A stretch of DNA of 64,000 nt, taken from contig WJMJ01000059.1 in the NCBI GenBank assembly GCA_014728035.1, positions 311,758 to 375,757 on the forward strand, read 5' to 3'. The DNA comes from Promethearchaeota archaeon. Lineage in GTDB: Archaea; Asgardarchaeota; Thorarchaeia; Thorarchaeales; Thorarchaeaceae. The notes below the pieces were generated by a model, which worked only from the letters and a program-made list of their open reading frames with translations, was not told the DNA's origin and did no database searches. Below are positions 19,432 through 28,980 of this stretch, one piece after another (position 1 is the stretch's first letter; each line of letters opens with the position of its first letter). The position numbers and the translations under genes were made by a program.

Positions 19432-20277
19432 ATGAACGAAACTGATTCATCATCTAATCAAGTTTTTGTAAGAAAGCATACATTCTTTGTATTCTCGCTA
19501 TTATCACTTGTAATTGGATTCATTGGTTATCTGCCAATGGTTTTGGCTGAGTATGGGATGTTCTCCCAAGATATAGTTGCACCATTTCTACTCTTAGGTG
19601 GTGGATCTCCTACTATTGCAGCTGTAATTACAGCTATTCTTGCTTTCGGCGGTGATGGGGCAAAGAATATCTTTTCTGGCTTTACTCGAGAAATCACACA
19701 AAAACCAATGATTGTTGTTGCTATTCTTTTGCCGTTTATTACATTCTATGCTGCAATTGCTCTTATGGTCATTGCTGGTTCCTCTCTACTATTCTTAGAT
19801 GCAAGCTATGCCGTGTTTCTCCCCATTTTACTAAGCAATTTTCTAATGAACATCTGGGAAGAAATTGGTTGGCGAGGTTTTGGATTGCCAACCTTACAAA
19901 AAACTCAGAATGCCTTTGTATCTAGCATTATTCTTGGAATCGTGTGGTCTCTTTGGCACTGGCAATATTTTGTAATTCCAAATAGTGCTCAGATTGAAAT
20001 CTATGGGAATTTCCTCATCTTCTCTATACATACAATTGTTGTGACAATTCTTTATACCTGGATCTATAATTCAACTAACGGTAATCTATTTTCAGTTACT
20101 TTGTATCACGCAATCACCAATACTGTTGGATTTCTAATTTATTCCACAGGATTTGTAATTCCTGCAATATTTACTCTTGGAATCAATTCTGTTCTTGCAA
20201 TAGTCGTCATTGTGATTTATAGAGTCAAATCACTATCTTCAGAAGAGAAAGTCACAATTGACCAAATAATGGAATAG
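19432..20277 (+). CDS. CPBP (CAAX/Abi) intramembrane metalloprotease
   Basis: EEIGWRGF, WSLWH, HAITN. Confidence 0.9.
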   Translation: MNETDSSSNQVFVRKHTFFVFSLLSLVIGFIGYLPMVLAEYGMFSQDIVAPFLLLGGGSPTIAAVITAILAFGGDGAKNIFSGFTREITQKPMIVVAILLPFITFYAAIALMVIAGSSLLFLDASYAVFLPILLSNFLMNIWEEIGWRGFGLPTLQKTQNAFVSSIILGIVWSLWHWQYFVIPNSAQIEIYGNFLIFSIHTIVVTILYTWIYNSTNGNLFSVTLYHAITNTVGFLIYSTGFVIPAIFTLGINSVLAIVVIVIYRVKSLSSEEKVTIDQIME

Positions 20278-20322
20278 TTTCTCATTATATGGCAATAATT
20301 TGGGAGGCTTACTGTCTCCTTT

Positions 20323-20904
20323 CTATTTTAGTTTCTCTTTTCTTTCCTTGTATACTTCAATCATGAGATTGGTAAGATCACAGAATGCATCTTCGATATT
20401 TTCTCCTGTTAGTGCAGAAGTTTCCTTAAATAAGACTGGAATATTCATTCGGTCACTAAATACCGATGCAAATTTTTTTCCCTCATCAGTTGTGACGATA
20501 TCATGCCTGCTCTTCTGTTCTCGCAGGTCTATCTTGTTTCCTACAACTACTGATGGTGGTAACGATCCAATGTATTTGTGAGCTTCAACCAACCATTTAC
20601 TTGCATTGTCAAATGAACGTCTATCAACTACTGAATAGACCAGAATCACCGCACTGCATCCTTGATAGTAATAACTCCGAATCTTCTCATAAGCCTCTTG
20701 TCCTGCTAAATCCCATATGACAAGTCGTATAGTATTATCATTGACTTTAACATATTTCTGTGCAAAATCCACTCCAATTGTTGCGAGGTGTTGAGCAACA
20801 AAACCACTTCCCATGTATCTACGCCTGATGCTGGTTTTTCCGACTGATGCATCGCCTATCAGTACCAGCTTAAACATCATGCTCCGTAACTTATCCGAAC
20901 TCAC
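20323..20904 (-). CDS. Rab-like small GTPase
   Basis: GDASVGKTS, TIGVDF, IWDLAGQE, YYQG, NKIDL, ETSA. Confidence 0.92.
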   Translation of the reverse strand: MSSDKLRSMMFKLVLIGDASVGKTSIRRRYMGSGFVAQHLATIGVDFAQKYVKVNDNTIRLVIWDLAGQEAYEKIRSYYYQGCSAVILVYSVVDRRSFDNASKWLVEAHKYIGSLPPSVVVGNKIDLREQKSRHDIVTTDEGKKFASVFSDRMNIPVLFKETSALTGENIEDAFCDLTNLMIEVYKERKEKLK

Positions 20905-20992
20905 ACTGAAATCACACCTACTTTCTATCCTTTGTTTGTATTCAATTAAGGCATTCTAGAAAAGCCGGAAGGAATGAGAACTGCTTCTCTTT

Positions 20993-21997
20993 CTAGAATC
21001 GTCTCATTTTGTCTTGATAATACATATTTGGTTTGTACGTTTGAGGCCACTCTGGTTCATTTTTCATGATTTCTTCAATCTCTTCCAAAGTTGTTGAAGA
21101 TAATGTTACATCTGATGCTTTGACATTCTCAATCACATGTTCAGGTTTTGTGGCACCTGTGATTGCTGCTGATATCTCTGGCCTTCTCAATATCCATGCT
21201 AATGCTAATTGGCTCATTGAGATATCCAACGAGTCTGCTACCGTTTCAAGCTTTCTAAGCTTCTCGATGTTCTCTTCTGTTAATTTTGCTTTGAGTGAAT
21301 CAGATCTACTTCCGCGAGACCCCTCTGGAACCCCATCGTTGTATTTTCCAGTCAGTAGTCCCTGATATAATGGACTCCAGACGGTAAATCCCATACCGTG
21401 AGTCTTTGCAACAGGCATGATTTCAAGCTCAATGTGTCTGAAAAACATGTTATACATTGGCTGTTCGACTATTGGTGGTCTTGCACCTAATGCTTTAGCT
21501 ACTGCATTAGCTCGTTCTAGTTGTGCAGCTGTCCAAACTGAAGTACCCCAATAGTGAATTTTTCCGGCTCGAATTAGGTCATCTAGAACTTCAACTGTTT
21601 CTTTTAGTGGCGTAGTGTAATCATATCTATGCATGTAATAAATGTCAATATGATCTGTATTCAATCTATCAAGAGTGCCGTCTATCGCATTCATAATATT
21701 TTTTCGACTATTTCCCCAATCTGTAATGGCATCTCCTGTTGGCCAAAATACTTTGCTTGAAATTACCAAGTCCTTTCTATCGATTGTTTCTTCTTTCAAC
21801 CATTCTCCAATAACTGCTTCTGCCTTGCCTTTGGCATAAATCTCTGCTGAATCTATGAAATTAATACCATGCTCTATTGCTGTTGTCATGCAAGTCTTAG
21901 CAATCTGATCATCCACTGTGCCTCCATATGTCAACCAAGAACCAAGGGAGATTTCACTTATTTTAAGACCGCTCTTTCCGACTTTTCTGTATTTCAT
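20993..21997 (-). CDS. Aldo/keto reductase (Kv-beta-like)
   Basis: GLKISEISLGSW, DSAEIY, SSKV, MHRYD, WSPL..GLLTGKY. Confidence 0.92.
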   Translation of the reverse strand: MKYRKVGKSGLKISEISLGSWLTYGGTVDDQIAKTCMTTAIEHGINFIDSAEIYAKGKAEAVIGEWLKEETIDRKDLVISSKVFWPTGDAITDWGNSRKNIMNAIDGTLDRLNTDHIDIYYMHRYDYTTPLKETVEVLDDLIRAGKIHYWGTSVWTAAQLERANAVAKALGARPPIVEQPMYNMFFRHIELEIMPVAKTHGMGFTVWSPLYQGLLTGKYNDGVPEGSRGSRSDSLKAKLTEENIEKLRKLETVADSLDISMSQLALAWILRRPEISAAITGATKPEHVIENVKASDVTLSSTTLEEIEEIMKNEPEWPQTYKPNMYYQDKMRRF

Positions 21998-22181
21998 ACT
22001 ATTATCTCCGTGTCACATTCAAATAACAATAACTATAGTTAATTATAAATTAGCCGGTATGTGTTTTTTTTCGCGGTTTCATCTTAACTTTTTCATTCAC
22101 CCTAATAATGACTATATGGACTCCTGTGATTTCTCACATAATCTAGAGGTATTCCACAGAATTTGACATTGGGGACTGCAA

Positions 22182-22463
22182 ATGATTCTTAAACTAAATT
22201 GCCCTGAGTGTTCTGCAGAGGCTACTATTGACTTGCCAACCGATGAGGTTGAGCGAATAAAACAGACGATACTGACAGAGGGCCGATCACCAACTTTGAT
22301 AGCACGATGTAAATCGAACCATAGTTTACTCGTTACACTATATTTTCGTGATGATGCTTTAGGAGTCCGAGATGTTAGAATACCTTTGAACCCAAGCAGT
22401 GATGACAAAGAAACTGATGAAATGGACTGGGTTACTGGAGTATTTGGAGGCAAACGAAAATGA
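22182..22463 (+). CDS. Small Zn-binding protein (CxxC...CxxxH)
   Basis: CPEC and CKSNH; ATGA overlap with the next gene. Confidence 0.75.
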   Translation: MILKLNCPECSAEATIDLPTDEVERIKQTILTEGRSPTLIARCKSNHSLLVTLYFRDDALGVRDVRIPLNPSSDDKETDEMDWVTGVFGGKRK

Positions 22464-22834
22464 CTATCCGTCTTGTAGCTAGAGTTAGGCCAAATGATCT
22501 TCATTCTACTATTCTATATCCTCATGACGATGAGAGTGAAGAAAGGGTCGCCATGTTAGCTGGAATTATTCAACTTGTTTCAGCTGCTCTGGTTAAATCA
22601 ACCGAAGCTGATGGAGAAACTCCATTACGTTTTATGAAATCTGATGATGGTGTAATTGGTTATTGTAAGCAGGGTGATTATGTAATTATCTGTGAAGGTG
22701 ACTCAGAAGATACTGCAACTGAGGCAATTCAGGCTGTCCTTGATAATCCTGGGGCTTCACCAAAAGAATTGGGCTCTAAACTTTCAAAAGTTGTTCATGA
22801 TCGTGGTAAAGAAATAGGGGATTTATGGAGGTAA
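22460..22834 (+). CDS. Longin/roadblock-like small protein
   Basis: beta-beta-helix (AMLAGIIQLVSAAL)-three strands-helix pattern; GGAGG RBS. Confidence 0.6.
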   Translation: MTIRLVARVRPNDLHSTILYPHDDESEERVAMLAGIIQLVSAALVKSTEADGETPLRFMKSDDGVIGYCKQGDYVIICEGDSEDTATEAIQAVLDNPGASPKELGSKLSKVVHDRGKEIGDLWR

Positions 22835-22838
22835 GAAT

Positions 22839-24257
22839 TTGGATTTTGTACTCTCACTAACCATCTCAACAATTTTCTCTGCAATTTTGTTGTTTATTTC
22901 GCTTGGTATCTATTTGAAACGTCTAAGAGGAATTTTACCTAACCTTACGGAAGCAACTGCCAATTCTCTACAGTTGTTCGCATTATCTTTGTTCTTCTTG
23001 GCGTTAGTAGCTACTTTCATCCAGCATACATCATTCTTATCAGTTACAGCAATTGCACTAATGTTTGGTATACTTATTGCTTCATTTCTTCAGTTGGTAA
23101 CTGATGATGCTAAAAAGATGAAAGTGGGATTAATATTAGTTTCAATTGTCACTGGATTAATGACCATTGAAGCATTTTTGCGTTCCGTCTATTTATTACC
23201 CCCATTCTTTCTATCAATCGGTTTGCCTTTGTTGATGGTTACAAGTTTGCTCCTCTCAATCTATCTTGTGAAAGAATCATTCTCTCCATTCAGTGTATCA
23301 GGTCTTTTGCTTGTAATATCTTACATAATCGCAGGCTTTCTATTCACTATTTCCGAGTTGGGTAGTTCTTCTCTTTTCATCCTTTACCTACATCCAAAGT
23401 ATTTCTTTCTTCAAGTAATCCCGTTTGTAATTGGAGCAGCAATACTAGCATCACTTCTCCGTCCATGGAGATACATGGTTTCCCTCGGTCTATTGTTTTT
23501 TGCTTATACAATTGGCCTTGGTATAATGATTCCCGCTTTTATTGACGGAGATGTAATTATTTTTCAGACTATGTTGTTGCTTACTGTTGCATCATCTTTC
23601 GTAGCTATACCTTTGAATTTCTTTCTTGAACAGGTGTCCGAGAGCAGAGCACGAACGCCCAGGTACATTTCAGTAACATTGCTGTTTGTTGCAATTATAT
23701 CAATATTGCATACAATGAATTACGCATTCTTTCTAAGTTATCTGGGTAATTTTGATGAGGGCTTACTATTCTTTGAATGGGTTCTTGGGGTTTCTGCTAC
23801 CAGTACTTTTCTCTTAGCTGCCGCATCTGTTGGATTATCCAAACGCATGCAAATCTATACTAGAGAAATTCTCATTGCTATTGGAGCAATATTGCTAACC
23901 CTTGGATTTCCTCTTATACGACGTATTCAATATGAGGATAGCATGATTACCGTATTGGAATGGGACACTCTATTCATTCCGTTGCTTTTTCTAATTTTTG
24001 TGGCATTTATGGTCTTCTTTGGTGTGGCTAGAAGGATGGTCAAGGCCGGTGCGGTCCAAGCAGCGGTGCATTTTCTTACTTTCATGTTTTCAGCTCTTGG
24101 ATTTGGTATTATCGCAATGTTCATCGAGCTTTTCCCATTACGCCTTCTAATAGTTATTATTGTTGGAATTATTGTACTACTGATTTTGGGTACACCTCGT
24201 ACTATCGATAAAGTGTTTTCATTTTGGCGTTCTAAAGAAAACGTATCGGAAACATGA
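22839..24257 (+). CDS. Polytopic (~15 TM) membrane protein, unknown function
   Basis: Hydrophobic throughout, no transporter motif recognised; GGAGGT RBS before TTG. Confidence 0.8.
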   Translation: MDFVLSLTISTIFSAILLFISLGIYLKRLRGILPNLTEATANSLQLFALSLFFLALVATFIQHTSFLSVTAIALMFGILIASFLQLVTDDAKKMKVGLILVSIVTGLMTIEAFLRSVYLLPPFFLSIGLPLLMVTSLLLSIYLVKESFSPFSVSGLLLVISYIIAGFLFTISELGSSSLFILYLHPKYFFLQVIPFVIGAAILASLLRPWRYMVSLGLLFFAYTIGLGIMIPAFIDGDVIIFQTMLLLTVASSFVAIPLNFFLEQVSESRARTPRYISVTLLFVAIISILHTMNYAFFLSYLGNFDEGLLFFEWVLGVSATSTFLLAAASVGLSKRMQIYTREILIAIGAILLTLGFPLIRRIQYEDSMITVLEWDTLFIPLLFLIFVAFMVFFGVARRMVKAGAVQAAVHFLTFMFSALGFGIIAMFIELFPLRLLIVIIVGIIVLLILGTPRTIDKVFSFWRSKENVSET

Positions 24258-24270
24258 TGGAGGGAGATTT

Positions 24271-24816
24271 TTGGCGATAATCAAGGTAGCGGTGTTAGGA
24301 GATTCAGAAGTTGGCAAGACTTCTTTTACTGAGAGGTGGACAAAGGGTACTTTTCCAGATCCTGCTCTCTTGAAAACTACTGTTGGTGTTTCCTTTGACA
24401 CCATTCGAACTGAATTATCCAATGGTGAAAGTGTAACATTGTCCGTATGGGATTTTGGCGGACAGAAGCGATTCATTGAAACACTGAAACAAATGGTTGA
24501 TGGGGCAAAAGCAGGTGTACTCTTTTTTGATGCTTCTTATCTTCCAAGTCTTGATAGTGTGTACAACTATTGGGTTCCACTTATCCAAGACCACGGTGGG
24601 TGGGATTTTTCTGGTGGAGACGGTTGGAGATTCATCTTAGTTGGAAATAAAATCGATCTTCTTGGAGATGATTTTTCCAAAGTAGAGGAAGAAATGAATG
24701 CATTCTGTGATAAGTACGATACTGGCCATGCTTTGATCTCAGCAAAGACTGGTGTTGGTATGGAACAGCTTGATATGAAATTTCGAGATGTTATTGAAAG
24801 AGTTCTAGAGTCCTAA
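24271..24816 (+). CDS. Ras-superfamily small GTPase (Rab/Roc-like)
   Basis: GDSEVGKTS, TTVG, WDFGGQ, NKIDL, SAK. Confidence 0.9.
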   Translation: MAIIKVAVLGDSEVGKTSFTERWTKGTFPDPALLKTTVGVSFDTIRTELSNGESVTLSVWDFGGQKRFIETLKQMVDGAKAGVLFFDASYLPSLDSVYNYWVPLIQDHGGWDFSGGDGWRFILVGNKIDLLGDDFSKVEEEMNAFCDKYDTGHALISAKTGVGMEQLDMKFRDVIERVLES

Positions 24817-26153
24817 CTTAGGAATTTCTCTACAATTCTTCTGTATCCTTTCACAGTTAGCTCCAACGAACCTATGGATATACGCTCATTTGGACCATGA
24901 ATCATCGCCATGACTTCTCCCATTGACAATTTATCATCAAACAGAGAGAATCCGTACGCCTGTGAATTCCATTTTTGTCTGAAGAATCTACAATCCGTGA
25001 CACCGGGTGACAATAGTGGAACAAGGCAGGATTCCTCTCCTACTAACTCTTTCAGGACCTCTCTCATTGTATCAACTAATGGAGTATCGATATCACTAGC
25101 ATTCCCGTAGGATGGTTCAGAACCTGCTTGTTCTGGAACTGGACCAATCTCAATATCTTGTGCAAGATCACCCAACGCCTCCCTCACTGTTTTTAGAATG
25201 TACTCTCTATCTTGACCCGGTAGGCTTCTCACGTCAATATCGATATATGCTTCACCTGGAACCACATTGACTTTTGTTCCTCCAGATGTGAGATTAGGAG
25301 AGATAGTCATGCGTGTTAATGCGTGAATCAATTTAGCTTGTTCGAGGTCGGTATTTGAGAGAACATCAATCGCTTTGTTAACAGTTAACCTGTTTGATAT
25401 CAGTTTCTTTTGTGCGATACCGATTGGTAGATTCTCAACAAGATGTCTTACATAAGTTGTATCAACAGGTGCTTTGTATTCAGTTAGTCTGAGGATTGCA
25501 TTCGCAATCTTTTCAACTGCATTATCTGCCTTGTATGGCATTGAACCATGCTGTTCTGTACCAGTAGCGGTTAATCTGAGCCAAGTCCCACCTTTTTCTC
25601 CATATTGATAGAGAAAGTGATTTTCCCCCATTCTAAAGCCACCCATCTCTGATATTAGATAATCGACTTTTACTTTTTCAGGATAATTCTCAACCATCCA
25701 TTTTGCACCGTACTGTCCTGCAGCTTCTTCATCTGCAACTATGAGCAGTTTCAGGTCACCTTTTGGTTGAAATTTTTCTTTGTGAAGATGTGTGAATGCA
25801 ACAACTTGACCGACCACCATAAAGAGCATGTCTACCGTTCCTCTTCCCCAGATGAAACCATCTTTTTTTTCTCCAGAGAATGGTGGTATCTTCCATTTTG
25901 ATTCGTCTTCTACAGGAACAACATCAACATGTCCTGGTCCCAACATAAGGCTCGGACCCTCTCCTGTTCCTTGTATCTCGGCAAATAGATTCCCTCGTTC
26001 TGACGCAGTTACAAACACATCATGCTCGATATCATGTAATTCGAGATAGCTTGCTATTGATCTGATAGATTTCATTTCATTTCCTGGAGGATTGACACAG
26101 GTATTTCTAACGAGTTCTTGCAGTAGTTGGACAGCTTCGTCAATCATACTCAT
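24813..26153 (-). CDS. M20/M25/M40-family metallopeptidase
   Basis: GHVDVVP, WGRGTVDM, ADEE, HGSMP, TDCRFF, HGPNERI. Confidence 0.92.
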   Translation of the reverse strand: MSMIDEAVQLLQELVRNTCVNPPGNEMKSIRSIASYLELHDIEHDVFVTASERGNLFAEIQGTGEGPSLMLGPGHVDVVPVEDESKWKIPPFSGEKKDGFIWGRGTVDMLFMVVGQVVAFTHLHKEKFQPKGDLKLLIVADEEAAGQYGAKWMVENYPEKVKVDYLISEMGGFRMGENHFLYQYGEKGGTWLRLTATGTEQHGSMPYKADNAVEKIANAILRLTEYKAPVDTTYVRHLVENLPIGIAQKKLISNRLTVNKAIDVLSNTDLEQAKLIHALTRMTISPNLTSGGTKVNVVPGEAYIDIDVRSLPGQDREYILKTVREALGDLAQDIEIGPVPEQAGSEPSYGNASDIDTPLVDTMREVLKELVGEESCLVPLLSPGVTDCRFFRQKWNSQAYGFSLFDDKLSMGEVMAMIHGPNERISIGSLELTVKGYRRIVEKFLS

Positions 26154-26436
26154 TTCAGTTCATCAATGGAATAACCAATCTGGTATTTAATTTCTACAGA
26201 ATCCTTTTTTCATCTCAAGAAAATCAGAACACGTGTTCTAAATATTTTCACTTCTGAAGTATAATGAGTATCGGTAAGTGTGACCAACAAGATGTCTAAC
26301 AAAACTGTTTCTGCATTCAAAGATTGCTTTATTTCACACAAGGTACTCACAAATGCTGACTTCAAATTTCTTATTGCAAAATCATCTTAACTTATATTCT
26401 ATCAATTTCACATTGGTATGATTTGGAGATACACAC

Positions 26437-28101
26437 ATGGCAACCATTGACGAACTCAGGACTATTCTCAAAATAGGTGAAAATGACACTACTGAGTTCA
26501 AGCAGAAACTGACAAAAACCGATCTGAAAAAGAAACGAAAAGAGAAGCTAATTTCCCGTATTCGATTCATGACACATGATCGCCCCTTCGAAGGAACCTT
26601 TCTTATTGGTGTAGAAGACATCAATGGAGAGTCATGGAATATTTTTGGTCTCTCCGAGTCAGCCCTCAAGCTTTCAGAAAAAGTCTTGACAACCATATGT
26701 GATGCTGCTGACGTAGAAATCATTGAAGAAACCCGAGTTGAAACACCCAAAGGGCTGGTAGGAATCTATCTTCTAAAAAGAATTGCAGATGCTGATATTC
26801 GTGATACTTGCTCGATTAACATTGCAGGACGGGTCAACTCTGGAAAATCAACTCTCATTGGGGCTTTAGTTACTGGAATTCCCGATGATGGCCAAGGAAA
26901 AGCTCGATCGTTTCTATTAACTCATCCACAAGAAATCACACGTGGTCAGACTGCTGATATCCATATGGCCTTCATGGGATTTGATAGAGACAAAGAACCA
27001 ATTCATCTTAGTAATCCATTGAGCAAATCCGAATGGGCCCGTGTGTTGGACCGTTCATCAAAAATCTTGATGTTTTTTGACGCTCCCGGTCACAAAGAGT
27101 ACTCGAAGACAATGATTCGAAGCATTCTTGGCGGAGATGCTGATTACGGTCTCGTTCTTGTGCCCGTTTCTGAGGAAGCAAGTCTTATTCATGCTTCTGA
27201 AATGAAGACAGGCAACAGGCGTTTGGATGATATCACTCGTGAACACCTTATCCTCCTTTCTGGTAGAGATGTGCCTTTCATGATTGCTCTATCGAAAGTT
27301 GACAAGGCGAAATCTGATGACCTGGATTTTGTTAATACAGTTACTCGTCAGACTCTAAAAGAGATAGGTAGAATTCCCGTAAGCGTGAAATCTCACGAAG
27401 ACATAGATCCTATTGTGAAAGAGATTCGTCATGGTGTTGTAGTTCCTGTAATAGAGGCCTCTGCAACTGACCCCGAATCTCTCAAACTCTTGACTAAACT
27501 TCTTCAAGCTCTTCCTACTGACCTCAAAAACTCTGATGTCACAGGACCAGCTATCTCCTATGTAGATAAGGTGTATCGTGGCATCCCTGGCACAAATGTC
27601 GTGGTAACTGGAAATGTACGATCTGGTGTCTTCAAAAAAGGTCAACCTGTTCTCATTGGTCCCGACGAGAAAGGTAGTTACCAGGAGGGTCGTATAGCAT
27701 CTATTGAAGTCTTCAAGAAAAGAGTGGGAACGGTTAAAGCGGGTGATATGTTTGGTTTTGACATTAAAGATGTTGACAAATTCAAGATTCGTCGTGGGCA
27801 GGTAGTAATAGATCCCGACCATTCATCACTCTCCAATCGTGTCTTTGAGGCAGATATTGTAGTAACTAGACATCCAACTCGTATTTCCGTTGGCTATTCT
27901 CCAGTATTGCAGTGCCAGACAATTCAACAAAGTGTGATAATGAAAAAGATTCATGATGCTGAATTTCTATCCGTTGGAGATTTTGCTACTGTTCAATTGG
28001 AGTTCATGCTATATCCGGAAGCTATCTCTGTAGGAGATAAGATTGTACTTCGCGAAGGTAACACTCGTGCCATCGGTACTGTATCCAAACTGATTCATTG
28101 A
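26437..28101 (+). CDS. GTPBP1/GTPBP2-like translational GTPase
   Basis: N-domain TEFKQKL...IGVED, G1 GRVNSGKST, HPQEITRGQTAD, DAPGHKEYSKT, SKVD, EF-Tu domains II/III ending in REGNTRAIG. Confidence 0.85.
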   Translation: MATIDELRTILKIGENDTTEFKQKLTKTDLKKKRKEKLISRIRFMTHDRPFEGTFLIGVEDINGESWNIFGLSESALKLSEKVLTTICDAADVEIIEETRVETPKGLVGIYLLKRIADADIRDTCSINIAGRVNSGKSTLIGALVTGIPDDGQGKARSFLLTHPQEITRGQTADIHMAFMGFDRDKEPIHLSNPLSKSEWARVLDRSSKILMFFDAPGHKEYSKTMIRSILGGDADYGLVLVPVSEEASLIHASEMKTGNRRLDDITREHLILLSGRDVPFMIALSKVDKAKSDDLDFVNTVTRQTLKEIGRIPVSVKSHEDIDPIVKEIRHGVVVPVIEASATDPESLKLLTKLLQALPTDLKNSDVTGPAISYVDKVYRGIPGTNVVVTGNVRSGVFKKGQPVLIGPDEKGSYQEGRIASIEVFKKRVGTVKAGDMFGFDIKDVDKFKIRRGQVVIDPDHSSLSNRVFEADIVVTRHPTRISVGYSPVLQCQTIQQSVIMKKIHDAEFLSVGDFATVQLEFMLYPEAISVGDKIVLREGNTRAIGTVSKLIH

Positions 28102-28163
28102 TGTGTGATTATTTTGGAAATACAATGATAGGGAATATATGTTCCTTTCATCAAGCTATACCT

Positions 28164-28955
28164 ATGTTTACCTTACAGCTTGAAGAACATCATATCTCTT
28201 ATCGGAAAAGTGGGACTGGTGATCCATTACTTCTGGTACATGGACTCGGAGGTGACAACACATCCTGGGAATTTACCGAGCCATATCTTTCAAAAAACTT
28301 TGAACTGATACTACCAGACCTTCGATGTCATGGCGCATCGGGTTGTACAGAGGGCACCCCACCCCCCTCCGACTTTGCAGAAGATATGATTCGATTGGTT
28401 GAGTATCTAGAGATTGCCCCTATTCCTGTTGTTGGTACATCACTTGGTGGAATGGTCGTGCAACAAATGATTCTAGAAAGGCCTGATCTTTTTTCTCATG
28501 CAGTTCTAATTGATACCACCCCACGTGTCGATGAGAGACTAGTTGATATGGTCTATGCTTGGCGTGAGGCTCAGATTGATGAAGGGGATAAAGCATACTG
28601 GTGGACAGCCACAAAAGACACACTAACTCCAAGATTTATTGAAGAAAATCCTGACACCTTGGACTATCTTCTGAATAAATTTCTATCCAGTGAGAACGAG
28701 GCTAATATACTTTCAGCAATTGGATTTGCAACTTTTGATGCGGTTAATCTGTTACAATCCGTTACTATTCCAGTTCTTGTCATTCATGGCGAAATTGACC
28801 AACTTATCATTCTTGAAGATGGTAAATTACTCCACAAATCGATACCTGGGTCTCGACTTGAAATCATTGCTGGATGTGGTCACAGTCCAGATATTGAGGT
28901 GCCTGAGAAACTTAGTTCGCTGATTACTAGTTTCGTAAAGAATGAAGGTGCGTAG
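28164..28955 (+). CDS. Alpha/beta-fold hydrolase
   Basis: LVHGLGG, DLRCHGAS, GTSLGG, HGEID, GH; start uncertain. Confidence 0.9.
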   Translation: MFTLQLEEHHISYRKSGTGDPLLLVHGLGGDNTSWEFTEPYLSKNFELILPDLRCHGASGCTEGTPPPSDFAEDMIRLVEYLEIAPIPVVGTSLGGMVVQQMILERPDLFSHAVLIDTTPRVDERLVDMVYAWREAQIDEGDKAYWWTATKDTLTPRFIEENPDTLDYLLNKFLSSENEANILSAIGFATFDAVNLLQSVTIPVLVIHGEIDQLIILEDGKLLHKSIPGSRLEIIAGCGHSPDIEVPEKLSSLITSFVKNEGA

Positions 28956-28974
28956 CAGTAAAAGCTGCTACGCA
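28949..28974. terminator. Hairpin between convergent genes
   Basis: tgcgtagcag-taaaag-ctgctacgca, 10-bp stem. Confidence 0.65.
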
Positions 28975-28980
28975 AAAGAA

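Noticed and set aside
22112-22504. Antisense and shadow ORFs (also 305-631, 26382-26750, 27355-27822, 48154-48630 and similar)
   Set aside because: They overlap well-supported genes on the opposite strand or another frame and have no motifs
26226-26239. 14-bp palindrome AGAACACGTGTTCT between divergent genes
   Set aside because: Single occurrence with no cognate regulator nearby; cannot be distinguished from chance
26437-28101. SelB or EF-1alpha
   Set aside because: The N-terminal extension and REG...IG C-terminus fit GTPBP1/2; no SelB domain IV
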